NCBI GenBank assembly: GCA_965263035.1
Contig: OZ253580.1
Span: 1,664,001-1,728,000 of the forward strand
From: Acidobacteriota bacterium
Lineage (GTDB): Bacteria > Acidobacteriota > UBA6911 > RPQK01 > JAJDTT01
Length of the DNA stretch: 64,000 nt
Direction: 5' to 3'
Part shown: piece by piece, positions 9,338-19,479 of the stretch
Position numbering within the stretch: position 1 is the first letter of the stretch
Layout: the number at the start of each line of letters is the position of its first letter
The notes under the pieces: model-generated
What the model was told of the DNA's origin: nothing
The model's database searches: none
The model's input: only the letters and a program-made list of their open reading frames with translations
Position numbers and translations under genes: made by a program

Positions 9338-11359
9338 ATGGTGACAAGATTCTTTTCTTCGACCCCTTACCGGTGTTTTTTCGCGGCTGGGCTCCTCCCG
9401 CAGACGTGCCTGTTTCTGATTTTTTCCACGGGATGTAGCTCCAGCCCGCCGACGACCCTCTCCGTCGAAGTGAGTCCGGATCGCTGGCGGGTAAACGACG
9501 AAGGCCAACTGCTTTTTCGTATCCGGGTCAAAGAGGGAAAGCTGTCGTCCGGCTCCCGCATCAGCCTGGCCCTGCCGGGGAGTTGGACCTGGCACACGAT
9601 TCGCCCCACCCGGCGAGAGGATGGCAAACTCGGGCCGACCCTGCGTGTTCCAACTCAGGAGTTGATGGAATACTTCGCTCTGCTTCCGCCGGACAGAGCG
9701 GACCGGTGGCGACTGGAACTACTTGAGGAGCACCACGACGGAACCTATCACCGTTTCGACCGCCGGTTGGTGCTGACGTGCCTGTCGGACCAGTTGTCGG
9801 CCGGCCAGGAGATCACCCTCCAGTATGGTGGGGACGCCCGGCCGATTCGGACCTCGCGTTTGGCCGAGACCGTCCGGATCCCGATCCGATTCAACCTCGG
9901 GGACGGCCAATGGCGGGAGCTGGAGAATCCGCCCCAATTGACGACGGTCGCAGACTCCTTTCACACCATTCTGGTCACGGTGGACTCCGTCGCTACCGTG
10001 GGGCAACCGCTCGAGGCCCACGTCACTGCCCGGGATCGGCTGGGCAATTCGACCGAGCTGCCGGGCGGTCTTGAACTCCGTTCCACCGACCGGGGGGTCG
10101 AGCCCGTCAGCATCACTGGTGCGGCCGCCGTGTGGACGGGAACGGTGCGCTTCACGACTCCGGGCTTCCAGACCCTGGAGGTGGGAAACGGCACCGTCGG
10201 GTTCCATCGGTCCAACCCGATTCGGGTAACCGAAGAAGAACCATCCCTCAAGCTCTACTGGGGGGACCTGCATTCCCACTCCACGATGAGCAAGGACGCC
10301 TTAGGGGTCGATCCCTTCACCTTCGCCCGGGATCACGCCAACCTCGACTTCTTCGCGTCGTCGGAGCACTCGACGGGGGATCGGCGGGACGAGGGCATCA
10401 CCGACTCGGAATGGCAGGCGATTCAGTCGAGCGTCAAGTCCTTCTACGATCCGGGACGATTCGTGACTCTGCTGGCTTACGAGTGCTCCCTGCCGGCTCC
10501 GTTTGGTCACCACAATGTCTATTTCGCGGGTGAAACAGCGCCCCTCTATCGCAAGCAGGAGGTGAAGACGCTTGACGAATTGTGGCGCCGGCTGTCCTCA
10601 CACCGGGCCATTACGGTTCCGCACCATACGGGTGTCCACTGGGCCGCCGCCGTCTGGGACCAGACCCATCCTCTGCGGCCGCTCTTCGAGGTCTTCTCCG
10701 TTCACGGACAGAGCGAACTCTACGACCCGGAACATCCGCTGAGTTACGATCAGCTCATCGGCATGGCCCCTTATGGGACCTACCCCATCGGAAGCGAGCT
10801 GGTTCCCGAGGAGCATCAGGGCATGGTCCCCATTTCCAACAGCGCCAAGGGTCCCCACTATGCCCGGGATGCCTGGGCGGCCGGTCTGAAACTGGGGACG
10901 ATCGCGGCCTCCGACGACCACACCGCCCGGCCGGGTCAGCCCTACTGGGGACTCGCGGCCGTCTGGGCCGAACGGCTGGACCGCGAAACCATCTTCCAGG
11001 CGCTCGCGAACCGGCAGACGTACGCCACGACCGGCCAGCGGATCTACCTGGATTTTCGAGTCAATGGAGGGATGCCCGGGACCAAGGTCACCACCGGCGG
11101 CCCGCCCCGAATTCAACTTGAGGTCCAGGGCACGGACGACATCGAACGGGTCGAGCTGGTCGCCTTCGACCGCAGGGAACGAAGCTATTCCGTCCTGAAG
11201 CGATGGACTCCCGGCGGCCCTCACCTGCGGGAATCCTTGACCGACGCGGGATATTCGGACCGGTCGTTCTACTACGTTCGCGTGCGGCAACGCGGGCTTG
11301 TGGAGCACCGGGCCGTCATGGCCTGGTCCAGTCCCATCTGGATCGAGAGCGGTCCCTGA
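9338..11359 (+). CDS. DUF3604 / CehA-McbA-like PHP metallohydrolase, probable lipoprotein
   Basis: FLIFSTG-C lipobox-like; YWGDLHSHS, SEH, YE, GHHNV, PHH, ASDDH, YATTG, AWSSPIW motifs. Confidence 0.82.
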   Translation: MVTRFFSSTPYRCFFAAGLLPQTCLFLIFSTGCSSSPPTTLSVEVSPDRWRVNDEGQLLFRIRVKEGKLSSGSRISLALPGSWTWHTIRPTRREDGKLGPTLRVPTQELMEYFALLPPDRADRWRLELLEEHHDGTYHRFDRRLVLTCLSDQLSAGQEITLQYGGDARPIRTSRLAETVRIPIRFNLGDGQWRELENPPQLTTVADSFHTILVTVDSVATVGQPLEAHVTARDRLGNSTELPGGLELRSTDRGVEPVSITGAAAVWTGTVRFTTPGFQTLEVGNGTVGFHRSNPIRVTEEEPSLKLYWGDLHSHSTMSKDALGVDPFTFARDHANLDFFASSEHSTGDRRDEGITDSEWQAIQSSVKSFYDPGRFVTLLAYECSLPAPFGHHNVYFAGETAPLYRKQEVKTLDELWRRLSSHRAITVPHHTGVHWAAAVWDQTHPLRPLFEVFSVHGQSELYDPEHPLSYDQLIGMAPYGTYPIGSELVPEEHQGMVPISNSAKGPHYARDAWAAGLKLGTIAASDDHTARPGQPYWGLAAVWAERLDRETIFQALANRQTYATTGQRIYLDFRVNGGMPGTKVTTGGPPRIQLEVQGTDDIERVELVAFDRRERSYSVLKRWTPGGPHLRESLTDAGYSDRSFYYVRVRQRGLVEHRAVMAWSSPIWIESGP

Positions 11360-11378
11360 CCCGGGGAAGGAACCCGAT

Positions 11379-13106
11379 TTGGCAGATCGATTCGATCCCA
11401 TCCTCTTCGAGGTGATCCGCAACGCCCTGGTCGAGGCGACGGAGGAGATGTCGGTCTCGCTGCAGCGCACGTCCTACTCGACCAACATCAAGACGCGGCT
11501 GGACTACTCCTGTGCCTACGTGGACGCCCGTGGAAGGATGGTGGCGCAGGCGTTCTGCCAACCCGCCCACCTGGTGACCATTGGGCGACTGGTGCCTCGG
11601 GCGGTCGACGAGTACGGGGCGGAGAACCTGGAACCGGGCGACGTCCTCTTGGTGAACGATCCGCACCGGCAGGCCAGCCACCTCAACGACATCTTCCTCA
11701 TCTCGCCCTTCTTCTACCGGGAGGAACTGGCCGGCTACGTCTCCAACACCTGCCATCACGTGGACGGCGGCGGGGGCGCTCCCGCCAGCATCGGCGCCTT
11801 TCGCGAGATCTACCAGGAGGGCTTCATTCTGCCGGTGGTGAAGCTGGTCTGCCGGGGCGAGATCGACGCTGAGATCTTGAAACTGTTCCTGGCCAACGTG
11901 CGGGCGAAAAAGGAAGTGGCCGGTGATCTTCGGGCCCAGATCGCCGCCAACAACATGGGCATGCGCCGACTGTCGGCCCTCTTCGACCGTTACGGACGCG
12001 ATACCCTGAATTTCTACATCGACAAATTGCTGGAGTACACGGAGCAACGCGCCCGGTCCGAACTGGAGCGACTGCCCCGCGGGACCTTCGAAGCCGAGGG
12101 CTGGCTGGACGACGACGGGATCAGCGACCGGCCGGTGCACCTGAAGGCCAGGGTGACGCTGGACGGCCGCAGCGTCCGGTTCGACTTCACCGGATCGGAC
12201 AGGCAGCGGGCGGCGCCCATGAACAGCAACCTGACGCAAACGTTCACGGCCTGCGTCTACGTTCTGAAATGCCTGCTGGACCCGGACATTCCGGTCAATG
12301 AGGGCCTTTACCAATTGATCGAAGTGATCGCTCCGCCGGGTTCGGCCGTGAACGCCCGCCGGCCCGGAGCCATCGTCGGGGGTTGGGAAGTCTCGGTGCG
12401 TCTCTGCGAGGTGTTGTTCAAGGCTCTGGCTCCGGCTCTGCCCGACTCGGTTCCCGCCGGTACCAAGGGCATGATCTGCCAGGTCGGTTTCGGGGGGAGG
12501 GATCCCCAGAGCGGCGAGTACTATTCCTACTACGAGACTGCGGGCGGAGGCTATGGCGGCAGAAGCCGGACCGACGGGCCCGACGCGGTTCAGACCCACT
12601 TCCAAAACACGCAGAACGCGCCCATCGAGGAGATCGAGAGCAACTATCCGGTGCGGATCACGCGCTACGGCTTGATCCCCGATTCGGAGGGTCCCGGCCG
12701 GTTCCGCGGCGGACTGGGCCTCTGCCGGGAGTACGTTTTCGTGGGTCACGAGCCCTCGTACACCATCCTTGCGGACCGGGTCCGATTTCCGGCATGGGGG
12801 CTCTTCGGAGGCCGTTCCGGGAAAACGGCTCGCTACGTTCTGATCGGCGAAAACGGGGAAACGGACCTTCCATCCAAGACGACGGTGCAGCTCGAGAAGG
12901 GTCAGTCGGTTCGGCTCGAGTCGTGCGGCGGCGGGGGATACGGACCTCCCTATGAACGGGACCCTGAACAGGTCCTGACGGACGTGAGGCAGGAAAAGAT
13001 CAGTCCCTTGCGGGCGAGGGACGAGTACGGCGTCGCCGTCACCGGTAGTGAAATCGACATCGTGGAAACCGAAAGGCTACGAACCCGGATGAAGGAGCGG
13101 CCGTAG
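11379..13106 (+). CDS. Hydantoinase B / oxoprolinase family protein
   Basis: TTG start after GGAAGG; DPILFEVIRNAL, SYSTNIK..LDYSC, NDP...SHLND, HHVDGGG, QEG, GGGYGG, GPGRFRGGLG, GGGGYG. Confidence 0.92.
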   Translation: MADRFDPILFEVIRNALVEATEEMSVSLQRTSYSTNIKTRLDYSCAYVDARGRMVAQAFCQPAHLVTIGRLVPRAVDEYGAENLEPGDVLLVNDPHRQASHLNDIFLISPFFYREELAGYVSNTCHHVDGGGGAPASIGAFREIYQEGFILPVVKLVCRGEIDAEILKLFLANVRAKKEVAGDLRAQIAANNMGMRRLSALFDRYGRDTLNFYIDKLLEYTEQRARSELERLPRGTFEAEGWLDDDGISDRPVHLKARVTLDGRSVRFDFTGSDRQRAAPMNSNLTQTFTACVYVLKCLLDPDIPVNEGLYQLIEVIAPPGSAVNARRPGAIVGGWEVSVRLCEVLFKALAPALPDSVPAGTKGMICQVGFGGRDPQSGEYYSYYETAGGGYGGRSRTDGPDAVQTHFQNTQNAPIEEIESNYPVRITRYGLIPDSEGPGRFRGGLGLCREYVFVGHEPSYTILADRVRFPAWGLFGGRSGKTARYVLIGENGETDLPSKTTVQLEKGQSVRLESCGGGGYGPPYERDPEQVLTDVRQEKISPLRARDEYGVAVTGSEIDIVETERLRTRMKERP

Positions 13107-13146
13107 TGGGTTGGCAAGGCGTTTCGTCCCGAGAGGAGACCTGAAC

Positions 13147-15054
13147 ATGAAAGAGTCGGCAATAGTGATCTCGATGATTGCGTTCTGTTTCGTCAGTTCG
13201 GCAATTCCGCAGGGAGCCGAGACCCGGAAGACCTGGGACGTGTCCGTATTGAAAAACGTCATGATTCCCATGCGGGACGGGGTCAAGCTGGCCACGGACA
13301 TCTACCTTCCCTCCGAAAACGGGCAGCCCTCCGATCAGAAGTTCCCGGTGGTCATGCAGCGGACCCCCTACGACAAAGAGGGCAAGTTCTTCAAGGAGGC
13401 CTCCGAGTTCTTTGTCAAGAACGGCTACGTCGCGGTGATCCAGGACTGCCGCGGCCGATTCCAATCCGAGGGAGTGTTCTTTCCGTTCATCGACGACCCC
13501 GAGGACGGATACGACACGGTGGAATGGATGGCGAAGCACCCGTCCAGCAACGGCAAGGTCGGAACCTACGGCGTCTCGTACATGGCCTGGGTCCAGTTCC
13601 ATCTGGCCGCCCTGAACCCGCCCAGCCTGGTGACCATGATCCCCATGGAAGGCCCCATCAACGCCTACCACTACAGCATGCGCTCCGGCGGCGCCCTGCA
13701 CCTGGGGCTTCTGCAGTGGATCGTCGCGGTGGCCGCCAGCAGCCAGGAAGCGAAGGACAAACCCTTCATCGCCGAACCCATCATGACCATGAGGACCGGG
13801 CAGAACTTCCTGGACTGGGCTTCCCGCATCCCCTGGCGGCGCGGACAGACTCCCCTCGGCCTGACTCCCCAGTACGAGGACGCGGCTTTCAAGCTCTATT
13901 TCGACAACAACGAATACACCGACTTCTGGCGCCAGCCCGGCCTGGGAATGGACGAGTACTTCGAGGACTACCCCAAGATGCCCATTCTGTGGGTGGTCGG
14001 CTGGTACGACTGGTACCCCCGAACCATCAGCGACGGCTACCAGAAGATGGTCAAACTGGGACGCGAGAACCAGTACCTGCTGATCGGTCCCTGGACGCAC
14101 AACAACTTCGATCCCTCCCAGGGAGACCTCAATTTCGGCAACAAAGGGGACGGCATCGACACCTACGACAAGTTCCGCCAGCTGGAGCTGAAGTGGTTCG
14201 ACCGGTGGATGAAGGGCGACGAGAGCGTCGATCTGGGGGAGCCGATCAAGCTCTTCGTCATGGGCGGCGGGGACGCCCGGAAGGCTCCGGACGGCCGCTT
14301 GAATCACGGCGGCGAATGGCACTACACGGATCGTTGGCCTCCGGAAGGAGTCCGGTCCACCAAGTTCTTTCTCCACGGGGACGGCAGTCTGTCGGATAAG
14401 AAGCCAGCCGCTTCCGGCTCATCCACCACATACACTTACGATCCCAACGATACGGTCTCGAGCAACGGCCGGTGCATCATCTCTTACGGTCCGGCGCTCA
14501 AACTGGGCTTTCGGGGCATGGGACCCCGTGACCAGATCGAACTGGAGAGTTTGCCGGGACACGGCATTCCGGGAATGCCCATCTCCTCCCGCCCGGACGT
14601 CCTGGTGTTTCAGACCGGCCCCTTGACCGAGGACGTTCGGATCGCCGGCAACGTCAAGGCCGTGCTCTGGGTCTCCTCGGATGCCCCCGACACCGACTTC
14701 TACGTCAAGCTGGTCGACCTGTACCCGGCCAGTGCGGACTACCCGGCCGGCTACGGAGTACCCGTGTCGGAGGGGATCCTGCGGGCGCGATACCGGGAGA
14801 GCTTTGAAAAACCGGTCCTCATGGAGGAGGGGAAGAAATACCGGCTCGAGTTTCCGCTGCAGCCGGCGGCCAACGTCTTCAAGGCGAACCACCGGATTCA
14901 GATCCAGATCGCCAGCAGCAACTTCCCCAACTTCGACATCAATCGGAATACCGGCGATCCGCATGACCGGGGGTGGCGCATCGCCAACAATTCCGTCATC
15001 CACCAGTCGGGGAACGCGTCCTTCGTGGAATTGCCGGTGTACCCGGTGAAGTGA
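13147..15054 (+). CDS. CocE/NonD family hydrolase, exported
   Basis: GAGGAG RBS before ATG 13147; signal peptide, MRDGVKLATDIYLP, RTPY, QDCRGRFQSEG, GVSYMA, GWYD, GPWTH, SSNFP. Confidence 0.92.
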   Translation: MKESAIVISMIAFCFVSSAIPQGAETRKTWDVSVLKNVMIPMRDGVKLATDIYLPSENGQPSDQKFPVVMQRTPYDKEGKFFKEASEFFVKNGYVAVIQDCRGRFQSEGVFFPFIDDPEDGYDTVEWMAKHPSSNGKVGTYGVSYMAWVQFHLAALNPPSLVTMIPMEGPINAYHYSMRSGGALHLGLLQWIVAVAASSQEAKDKPFIAEPIMTMRTGQNFLDWASRIPWRRGQTPLGLTPQYEDAAFKLYFDNNEYTDFWRQPGLGMDEYFEDYPKMPILWVVGWYDWYPRTISDGYQKMVKLGRENQYLLIGPWTHNNFDPSQGDLNFGNKGDGIDTYDKFRQLELKWFDRWMKGDESVDLGEPIKLFVMGGGDARKAPDGRLNHGGEWHYTDRWPPEGVRSTKFFLHGDGSLSDKKPAASGSSTTYTYDPNDTVSSNGRCIISYGPALKLGFRGMGPRDQIELESLPGHGIPGMPISSRPDVLVFQTGPLTEDVRIAGNVKAVLWVSSDAPDTDFYVKLVDLYPASADYPAGYGVPVSEGILRARYRESFEKPVLMEEGKKYRLEFPLQPAANVFKANHRIQIQIASSNFPNFDINRNTGDPHDRGWRIANNSVIHQSGNASFVELPVYPVK

Positions 15055-15200
15055 GGAGGGGCGATTTCTAGTCGCCTGCTCTTTTGTGTTGCTATGCAAT
15101 TCGGTAGCCGGAAAGTGTAAAGTGGGGACTCCGTCCCCCCTGCCCCCCTGTCGGCGACAAGAAAGTCGCCGCTCCACGCGACAAGAAAGTCGCCGCTCCC
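15055..15200. repeat. REP-like hairpins between convergent genes, with 24-bp tandem duplication
   Basis: GGAGGGGCGATTTCTAGTCGCC directly after the stop; GCGACAAGAAAGTCGCCGCTCC twice. Confidence 0.75.
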
Positions 15201-15201
15201 C

Positions 15202-16641
15202 TCAATCTTTATCCAGGATCAGTCTTCGACGGTCTTTCTCGCTGACGCCGGTCCGGACCTTGCCGGCCATCAGCCAAAAGAACAGGCCCAACAGCAATCC
15301 GCCGATGAAGAGAGTCCATTCCAGAGGAAAACCGTCGGAGTTTGCATACGGTTCGTAGACCGTAACGGCGAGAAAGAACAGCGAGCCGGCCACCCCCAGT
15401 CCGGCGGTGAAAACGCCGCCCGGAACACGGAACGGACGCCGGCTCTCGGGCCTTTTCACCCGTAGGATCATGACCCCCAAACAGACGAAGAAGAAGACCG
15501 TAGCCAGGCACATGACGGCCATGCCGACGATGGGAGAGAGACCTCCACGACCCAGGAAACTGCCCAACGCTCCGATCAGGCCGATCAGGAGGACCGCGCG
15601 CCCGGGAGATCCGAACGCGGGATGGACCGCGGCGAAACCGGCCGGGATCATGCGGGCCCGGCCGAGCGCGAAGACCAGGCGCGAGGCCGCAATGAAGATG
15701 GGATTGAGCGTCGTGATGAGACCCAGCAGCCCCGTGAACACGATGATTCTGCCGAACAGCGGCGAATCGAATCTCGATTCGTACGTGACGGCCGTGGTCA
15801 GACCCTCCAATCGGACGGCGTCCTGCCACGGCGTCGCCATGGACACCGAGAGAATCAGCAGACAGTAGAAGGTCCCGCCCGCGGCGATGGAGGCGACCAT
15901 CATCAGCGCCGCCCTTCTCATGGAGGTTCCCGGCGACTTCTCCTCCATGACCTGGGGGATCGTGTCGAAACCCGCCATGAAGAACGGAGCCGTCATCAGG
16001 GCCGCCAGGATTCCGGGCCAGACCGATCCCATCTGGTCACGGTGGAAGAACGGTTCCAGGTTTCCCGTCTCTCCGAAGGCGATCCCGGCAAATATGAAGA
16101 CGGCACAGGACACGATGAAGACGGCCGTGATGACTTCCTGAAAGCGGGCCGCCAGCTTCATGCCGCGATAGATCAGGGCGGTCATCAGAACCATTCCACC
16201 CAGCGCGATCAACAGGCTCCCCAGGCGCACCGGATGGCCGCCCACCGAATAGAGTTCCGGTCCCGAAACGCCCGGGAAGAGTGCTTCCGCAATCAAGGCC
16301 AGCGAAATCGCTTCCCAACTCGTCACCGCGATGTACTCGAAGGCCAGCAGCCAACCGCACAGGAAGGAGAGGCGGAGTCCGAAGACTTCGTAGGTATACG
16401 CGACCTCGCCGCCGGAGACGGGGAACATCCCCGCCATTTCGGCGTAGCAGAGCGCGATCACGAGCATGACCACCCCGCCCGCCGCGAAACCGGCGATGGC
16501 CCCCAGGGGACCGGAGGTGGAGAGCCAGACGCCGGGATAGACCAGCCACCCCACGCCGACCACCGTGCCGTAGGCCAGCATGAAGAACTGGCGGGCGCTG
16601 ACCGCTTTCCTCAACTGGGGGCGTGGAATCGGATCCGTCAT
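15202..16641 (-). CDS. APC family amino acid/polyamine permease
   Basis: GTVVGVG, YAEMAGMFPVSGGE, FFMAGFD, SRLVFALGR, RPFRVP; about 12 hydrophobic segments. Confidence 0.92.
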   Translation of the reverse strand: MTDPIPRPQLRKAVSARQFFMLAYGTVVGVGWLVYPGVWLSTSGPLGAIAGFAAGGVVMLVIALCYAEMAGMFPVSGGEVAYTYEVFGLRLSFLCGWLLAFEYIAVTSWEAISLALIAEALFPGVSGPELYSVGGHPVRLGSLLIALGGMVLMTALIYRGMKLAARFQEVITAVFIVSCAVFIFAGIAFGETGNLEPFFHRDQMGSVWPGILAALMTAPFFMAGFDTIPQVMEEKSPGTSMRRAALMMVASIAAGGTFYCLLILSVSMATPWQDAVRLEGLTTAVTYESRFDSPLFGRIIVFTGLLGLITTLNPIFIAASRLVFALGRARMIPAGFAAVHPAFGSPGRAVLLIGLIGALGSFLGRGGLSPIVGMAVMCLATVFFFVCLGVMILRVKRPESRRPFRVPGGVFTAGLGVAGSLFFLAVTVYEPYANSDGFPLEWTLFIGGLLLGLFFWLMAGKVRTGVSEKDRRRLILDKD

Positions 16642-16694
16642 GTTAAGGGTAGCCTATCGAGGACTTGTTCCATTTTTTCGGCTCCGCGTCTGGG

Positions 16695-16752
16695 ATCGGG
16701 GGTTGTCAACCTCCGGTCCCAGGGAGTGTGGGGGACAAGACTGTCCCCCTAT
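16695..16752. repeat. REP-like hairpin pair overlapping a stop codon
   Basis: CGGGGGTTGTCAACCTCCG and GGGGGACAAGACTGTCCCCCTA; the terminal CTA is the TAG stop of the minus-strand gene. Confidence 0.7.
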
Positions 16753-18134
16753 TGAAAGAGCGAGTGGATGGTCTTCAGGACTTCGTCAACCAGCACATCG
16801 CCGCCCTCGGGCCCGACCAGGAACTGGTCGGCGCTGTATCCGCCACCGGCGACCGCCTCCGTCGTGGGAAGATAACCCGCCAACTGACTGGCCAACTGCA
16901 CCGTGAAGGTCAACACGGCCGGGCTTCGCGCCTGAATGCGGATGGAATACTCCAGGTAGAGCTCAAAAGGGACGCTCACCAGCGCGACATCGCCCACGCG
17001 CATCACATGGAAGCGGAAGGTTCCGCCGCCGTCGATGGGATAGGGCGGTTTCCGCGACGGGTCGGCTCGCGGAAGGTCGAGATGCAGGATCCTGTGCGTC
17101 AGCTGCAACCTCCTTTTGATTCCGGACTTGGAGTACGGCAGGACGGCGTCCAAAGCGTCGGCGATGCGGAGCGCGATCTCCTGGCGGCTGGAAATACCCT
17201 TGCGGTCCAACATGATTTGCTCGGCGCGTTTGCGAAACATCAGGTGCGGCGAGATGTCGCCTGAAGCGGCGCATTGCGGAAATATGAACCAGTCGGCCTG
17301 ATGACGTTTTCTAACTTCCTGACGGACCTCGTGCCAGAAGTCGGCGGAGACCTCCGAGATACCTTCGGTCTCCTGCGAGGGGGCGGCCAGGTTGATCACG
17401 ACGCCGGTGAGTTCCTCCTGGTCATTCCAGAAGAAGAGCATCGGCACCCCGGGATCCTCGAACCCTTCGATCCCGATGAAGTCTTCCCTGCGGGTGTCCC
17501 CGTACATCACCGACTCGCCGTTGCGATAGACGGCGCGGCGGTTGTGTCCGACCACGGCTTGCCCCAGTCCCCAACTCATGCCGGTGGGCTTACGGCTTTG
17601 CCATGCTTTCACCAGACCCTCGGACAGCCGGTCCACCAGCCACCGGCCGTACTCGGATGAGCTCATGGCCACCGGCGGCGGTTCGTCGCCCCACCAGACG
17701 CTGAAAGTGCCGTCGACCTGACCCGGGGCGGTATGGGTGTGCGTGGCGTGAAGAAACACCTTCTCAGGGTCGAGATCCTTCAGCTCTTGGGACACCGAAC
17801 GCCGCAGACCCTCTTCGGTGACCTGCCGGATGTAGCCGAGATCGCATGAGATCATGACGGCCTGTTCCAGCGAACGGCCGTCCTGTTTCGTCTCGAGCGC
17901 CAGGACCGTCGCGGTCAGCGGGTCTCGAGCCCGGCCGGCGATACGTGGGCGCTTCTGCCCCACGAGCGCCACTTCCCGAGGCGGCGTGATCACCACCTCG
18001 GCCCAGCCCACGTAGAGCGTCCCCTCGGAAGCAAGACCCGGCACCGAAACCGCTGACAGAATTATCGCAACAATGAGATGAAATGTTACGGACGCTGGAA
18101 ATCGTTCCATTATCATTCTCCGTTGGTTAGTCAT
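16749..18134 (-). CDS. Neutral/alkaline ceramidase-like amidohydrolase (function unknown), exported
   Basis: Signal peptide, VGWAEVVITP, SCD, HATHTHTAP, NRR, SADF, GDISP, PFE, YLPT..A..GGGYS. Start uncertain (18110-18134). Confidence 0.72.
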   Translation of the reverse strand: MTNQRRMIMERFPASVTFHLIVAIILSAVSVPGLASEGTLYVGWAEVVITPPREVALVGQKRPRIAGRARDPLTATVLALETKQDGRSLEQAVMISCDLGYIRQVTEEGLRRSVSQELKDLDPEKVFLHATHTHTAPGQVDGTFSVWWGDEPPPVAMSSSEYGRWLVDRLSEGLVKAWQSRKPTGMSWGLGQAVVGHNRRAVYRNGESVMYGDTRREDFIGIEGFEDPGVPMLFFWNDQEELTGVVINLAAPSQETEGISEVSADFWHEVRQEVRKRHQADWFIFPQCAASGDISPHLMFRKRAEQIMLDRKGISSRQEIALRIADALDAVLPYSKSGIKRRLQLTHRILHLDLPRADPSRKPPYPIDGGGTFRFHVMRVGDVALVSVPFELYLEYSIRIQARSPAVLTFTVQLASQLAGYLPTTEAVAGGGYSADQFLVGPEGGDVLVDEVLKTIHSLFQ

Positions 18135-18177
18135 AAGATACACACCACGCCGTGAATTTGTGACCTTCGAGAGTCCC

Positions 18178-19479
18178 ATGGAAGATAAATGGAAGAAATC
18201 AAGGAAGTTCCTGGTTCGGGCCGAAGGGTCCCTCGCCGGCGGCGTCAGCAGTCCCTTCCGGCGCAAGTCTCCGGTGCCCCTGTTCTTTCGGGATGGCTCG
18301 GGCTGCCGGCTGGAAGACGTGGACGGGAACCGCTACATCGACTACGGCCTGGGCTGGGGCCCTCTGATCCTGGGCCATCGCCACCCTGCCCTTCTGGAAA
18401 CGCTTCGGTCCCAAGTGGAGCGTCCCTTTCATTACGGCGCCCAGCATGAACTGGAGTCCCGTCTTTCCGAGCGAGTCCAACGGCTCGTCCCGTGCGCCGA
18501 ACGGGTGGCCTTCACTTCCAGCGGAAGCGAAGCCGTGCAACTGGCCCTGCGGCTGTCCCGAGCCTTCACCGGGCGCAAGCTCGTGGTCAAGTTCGAAGGC
18601 CACTACCACGGCTGGATGGACTCGATCCTGGCCAGCTACCACCCCTCGCTGGAAGAGATCGGGACTATCGAGCAACCCCGGACCGCGCCCGGCACACGAG
18701 GCCAGCTGCTGGCGGCGCTGGATGATCTGCTGGTCTGTAGCTGGAATCGAATGGACCTGGTGAACGGCCTCTTCCGGCAGCATGGCGACCGGATCGCCGC
18801 CGTCATCATGGAGCCGGTCCTGTGCAACAGCGGCTGTCTGCTGCCTCGGGAGGCCTACCTGCGCGGCGTTCAAGAGATCTGCGCCCGGCATGGCGCCCTC
18901 TTCATCTTCGACGAGGTCATCACGGGCTTCCGGATCGCCCTGGGCGGCGCCCAGGAGCTTTACGGAATCACACCCGATCTTTGTACCCTCGGGAAAGCCA
19001 TCGGGGGCGGCCTGCCCTTCAGCGCGGTGGCCGGCCGCCGGCAAATCATGGAGCAATTGATGGACGGCGTCGCCTTCGGCGGGACCTACAACGGCAACCC
19101 CCTGTCCGTCGCCGCCGCCGACACCACCCTGGCTGAACTCGAAAAAGACGGCGGCGCGCCTCTGGCTCATGCCCGGGCCATGGGAGAGAGGCTGATGGAG
19201 GGCCTGCGGGCCCTTGCCGCGGGCCGGCCGTTCCCGGTGAAGATCACCGGCCTGGGGACGGCATTCAGCGTTCACTTCACGGACAAAGACGACCTGGTCG
19301 ACTATCGGGATACGCTGGGGGACGACACGGACCGTCTGAGCCGGTTCGTCATGGAAGCTCTGAAGGAGGGAACCTATCTCCTGCCCGACGGAAGATGGTA
19401 CGTCTCGGCCGTCCATGGCGAAGAGGACATAGCCGAGACCCTGGAAAAGATGGCACTGGTATTCCAACGGCTATGCTGA
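18178..19479 (+). CDS. Class III PLP aminotransferase (glutamate-1-semialdehyde aminomutase-like)
   Basis: GGVSSP, DVDGNRYIDY, SGSEA, FEGHYHGW, FDEVITGFR, LGKAIGGG (PLP Lys), GTYNGNP. Confidence 0.9.
   Translation: MEDKWKKSRKFLVRAEGSLAGGVSSPFRRKSPVPLFFRDGSGCRLEDVDGNRYIDYGLGWGPLILGHRHPALLETLRSQVERPFHYGAQHELESRLSERVQRLVPCAERVAFTSSGSEAVQLALRLSRAFTGRKLVVKFEGHYHGWMDSILASYHPSLEEIGTIEQPRTAPGTRGQLLAALDDLLVCSWNRMDLVNGLFRQHGDRIAAVIMEPVLCNSGCLLPREAYLRGVQEICARHGALFIFDEVITGFRIALGGAQELYGITPDLCTLGKAIGGGLPFSAVAGRRQIMEQLMDGVAFGGTYNGNPLSVAAADTTLAELEKDGGAPLAHARAMGERLMEGLRALAAGRPFPVKITGLGTAFSVHFTDKDDLVDYRDTLGDDTDRLSRFVMEALKEGTYLLPDGRWYVSAVHGEEDIAETLEKMALVFQRLC

Noticed and set aside
18178-19479. Assigning hemL
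   Set aside because: Family motifs fit but context lacks hem genes and orthology cannot be shown without a search.
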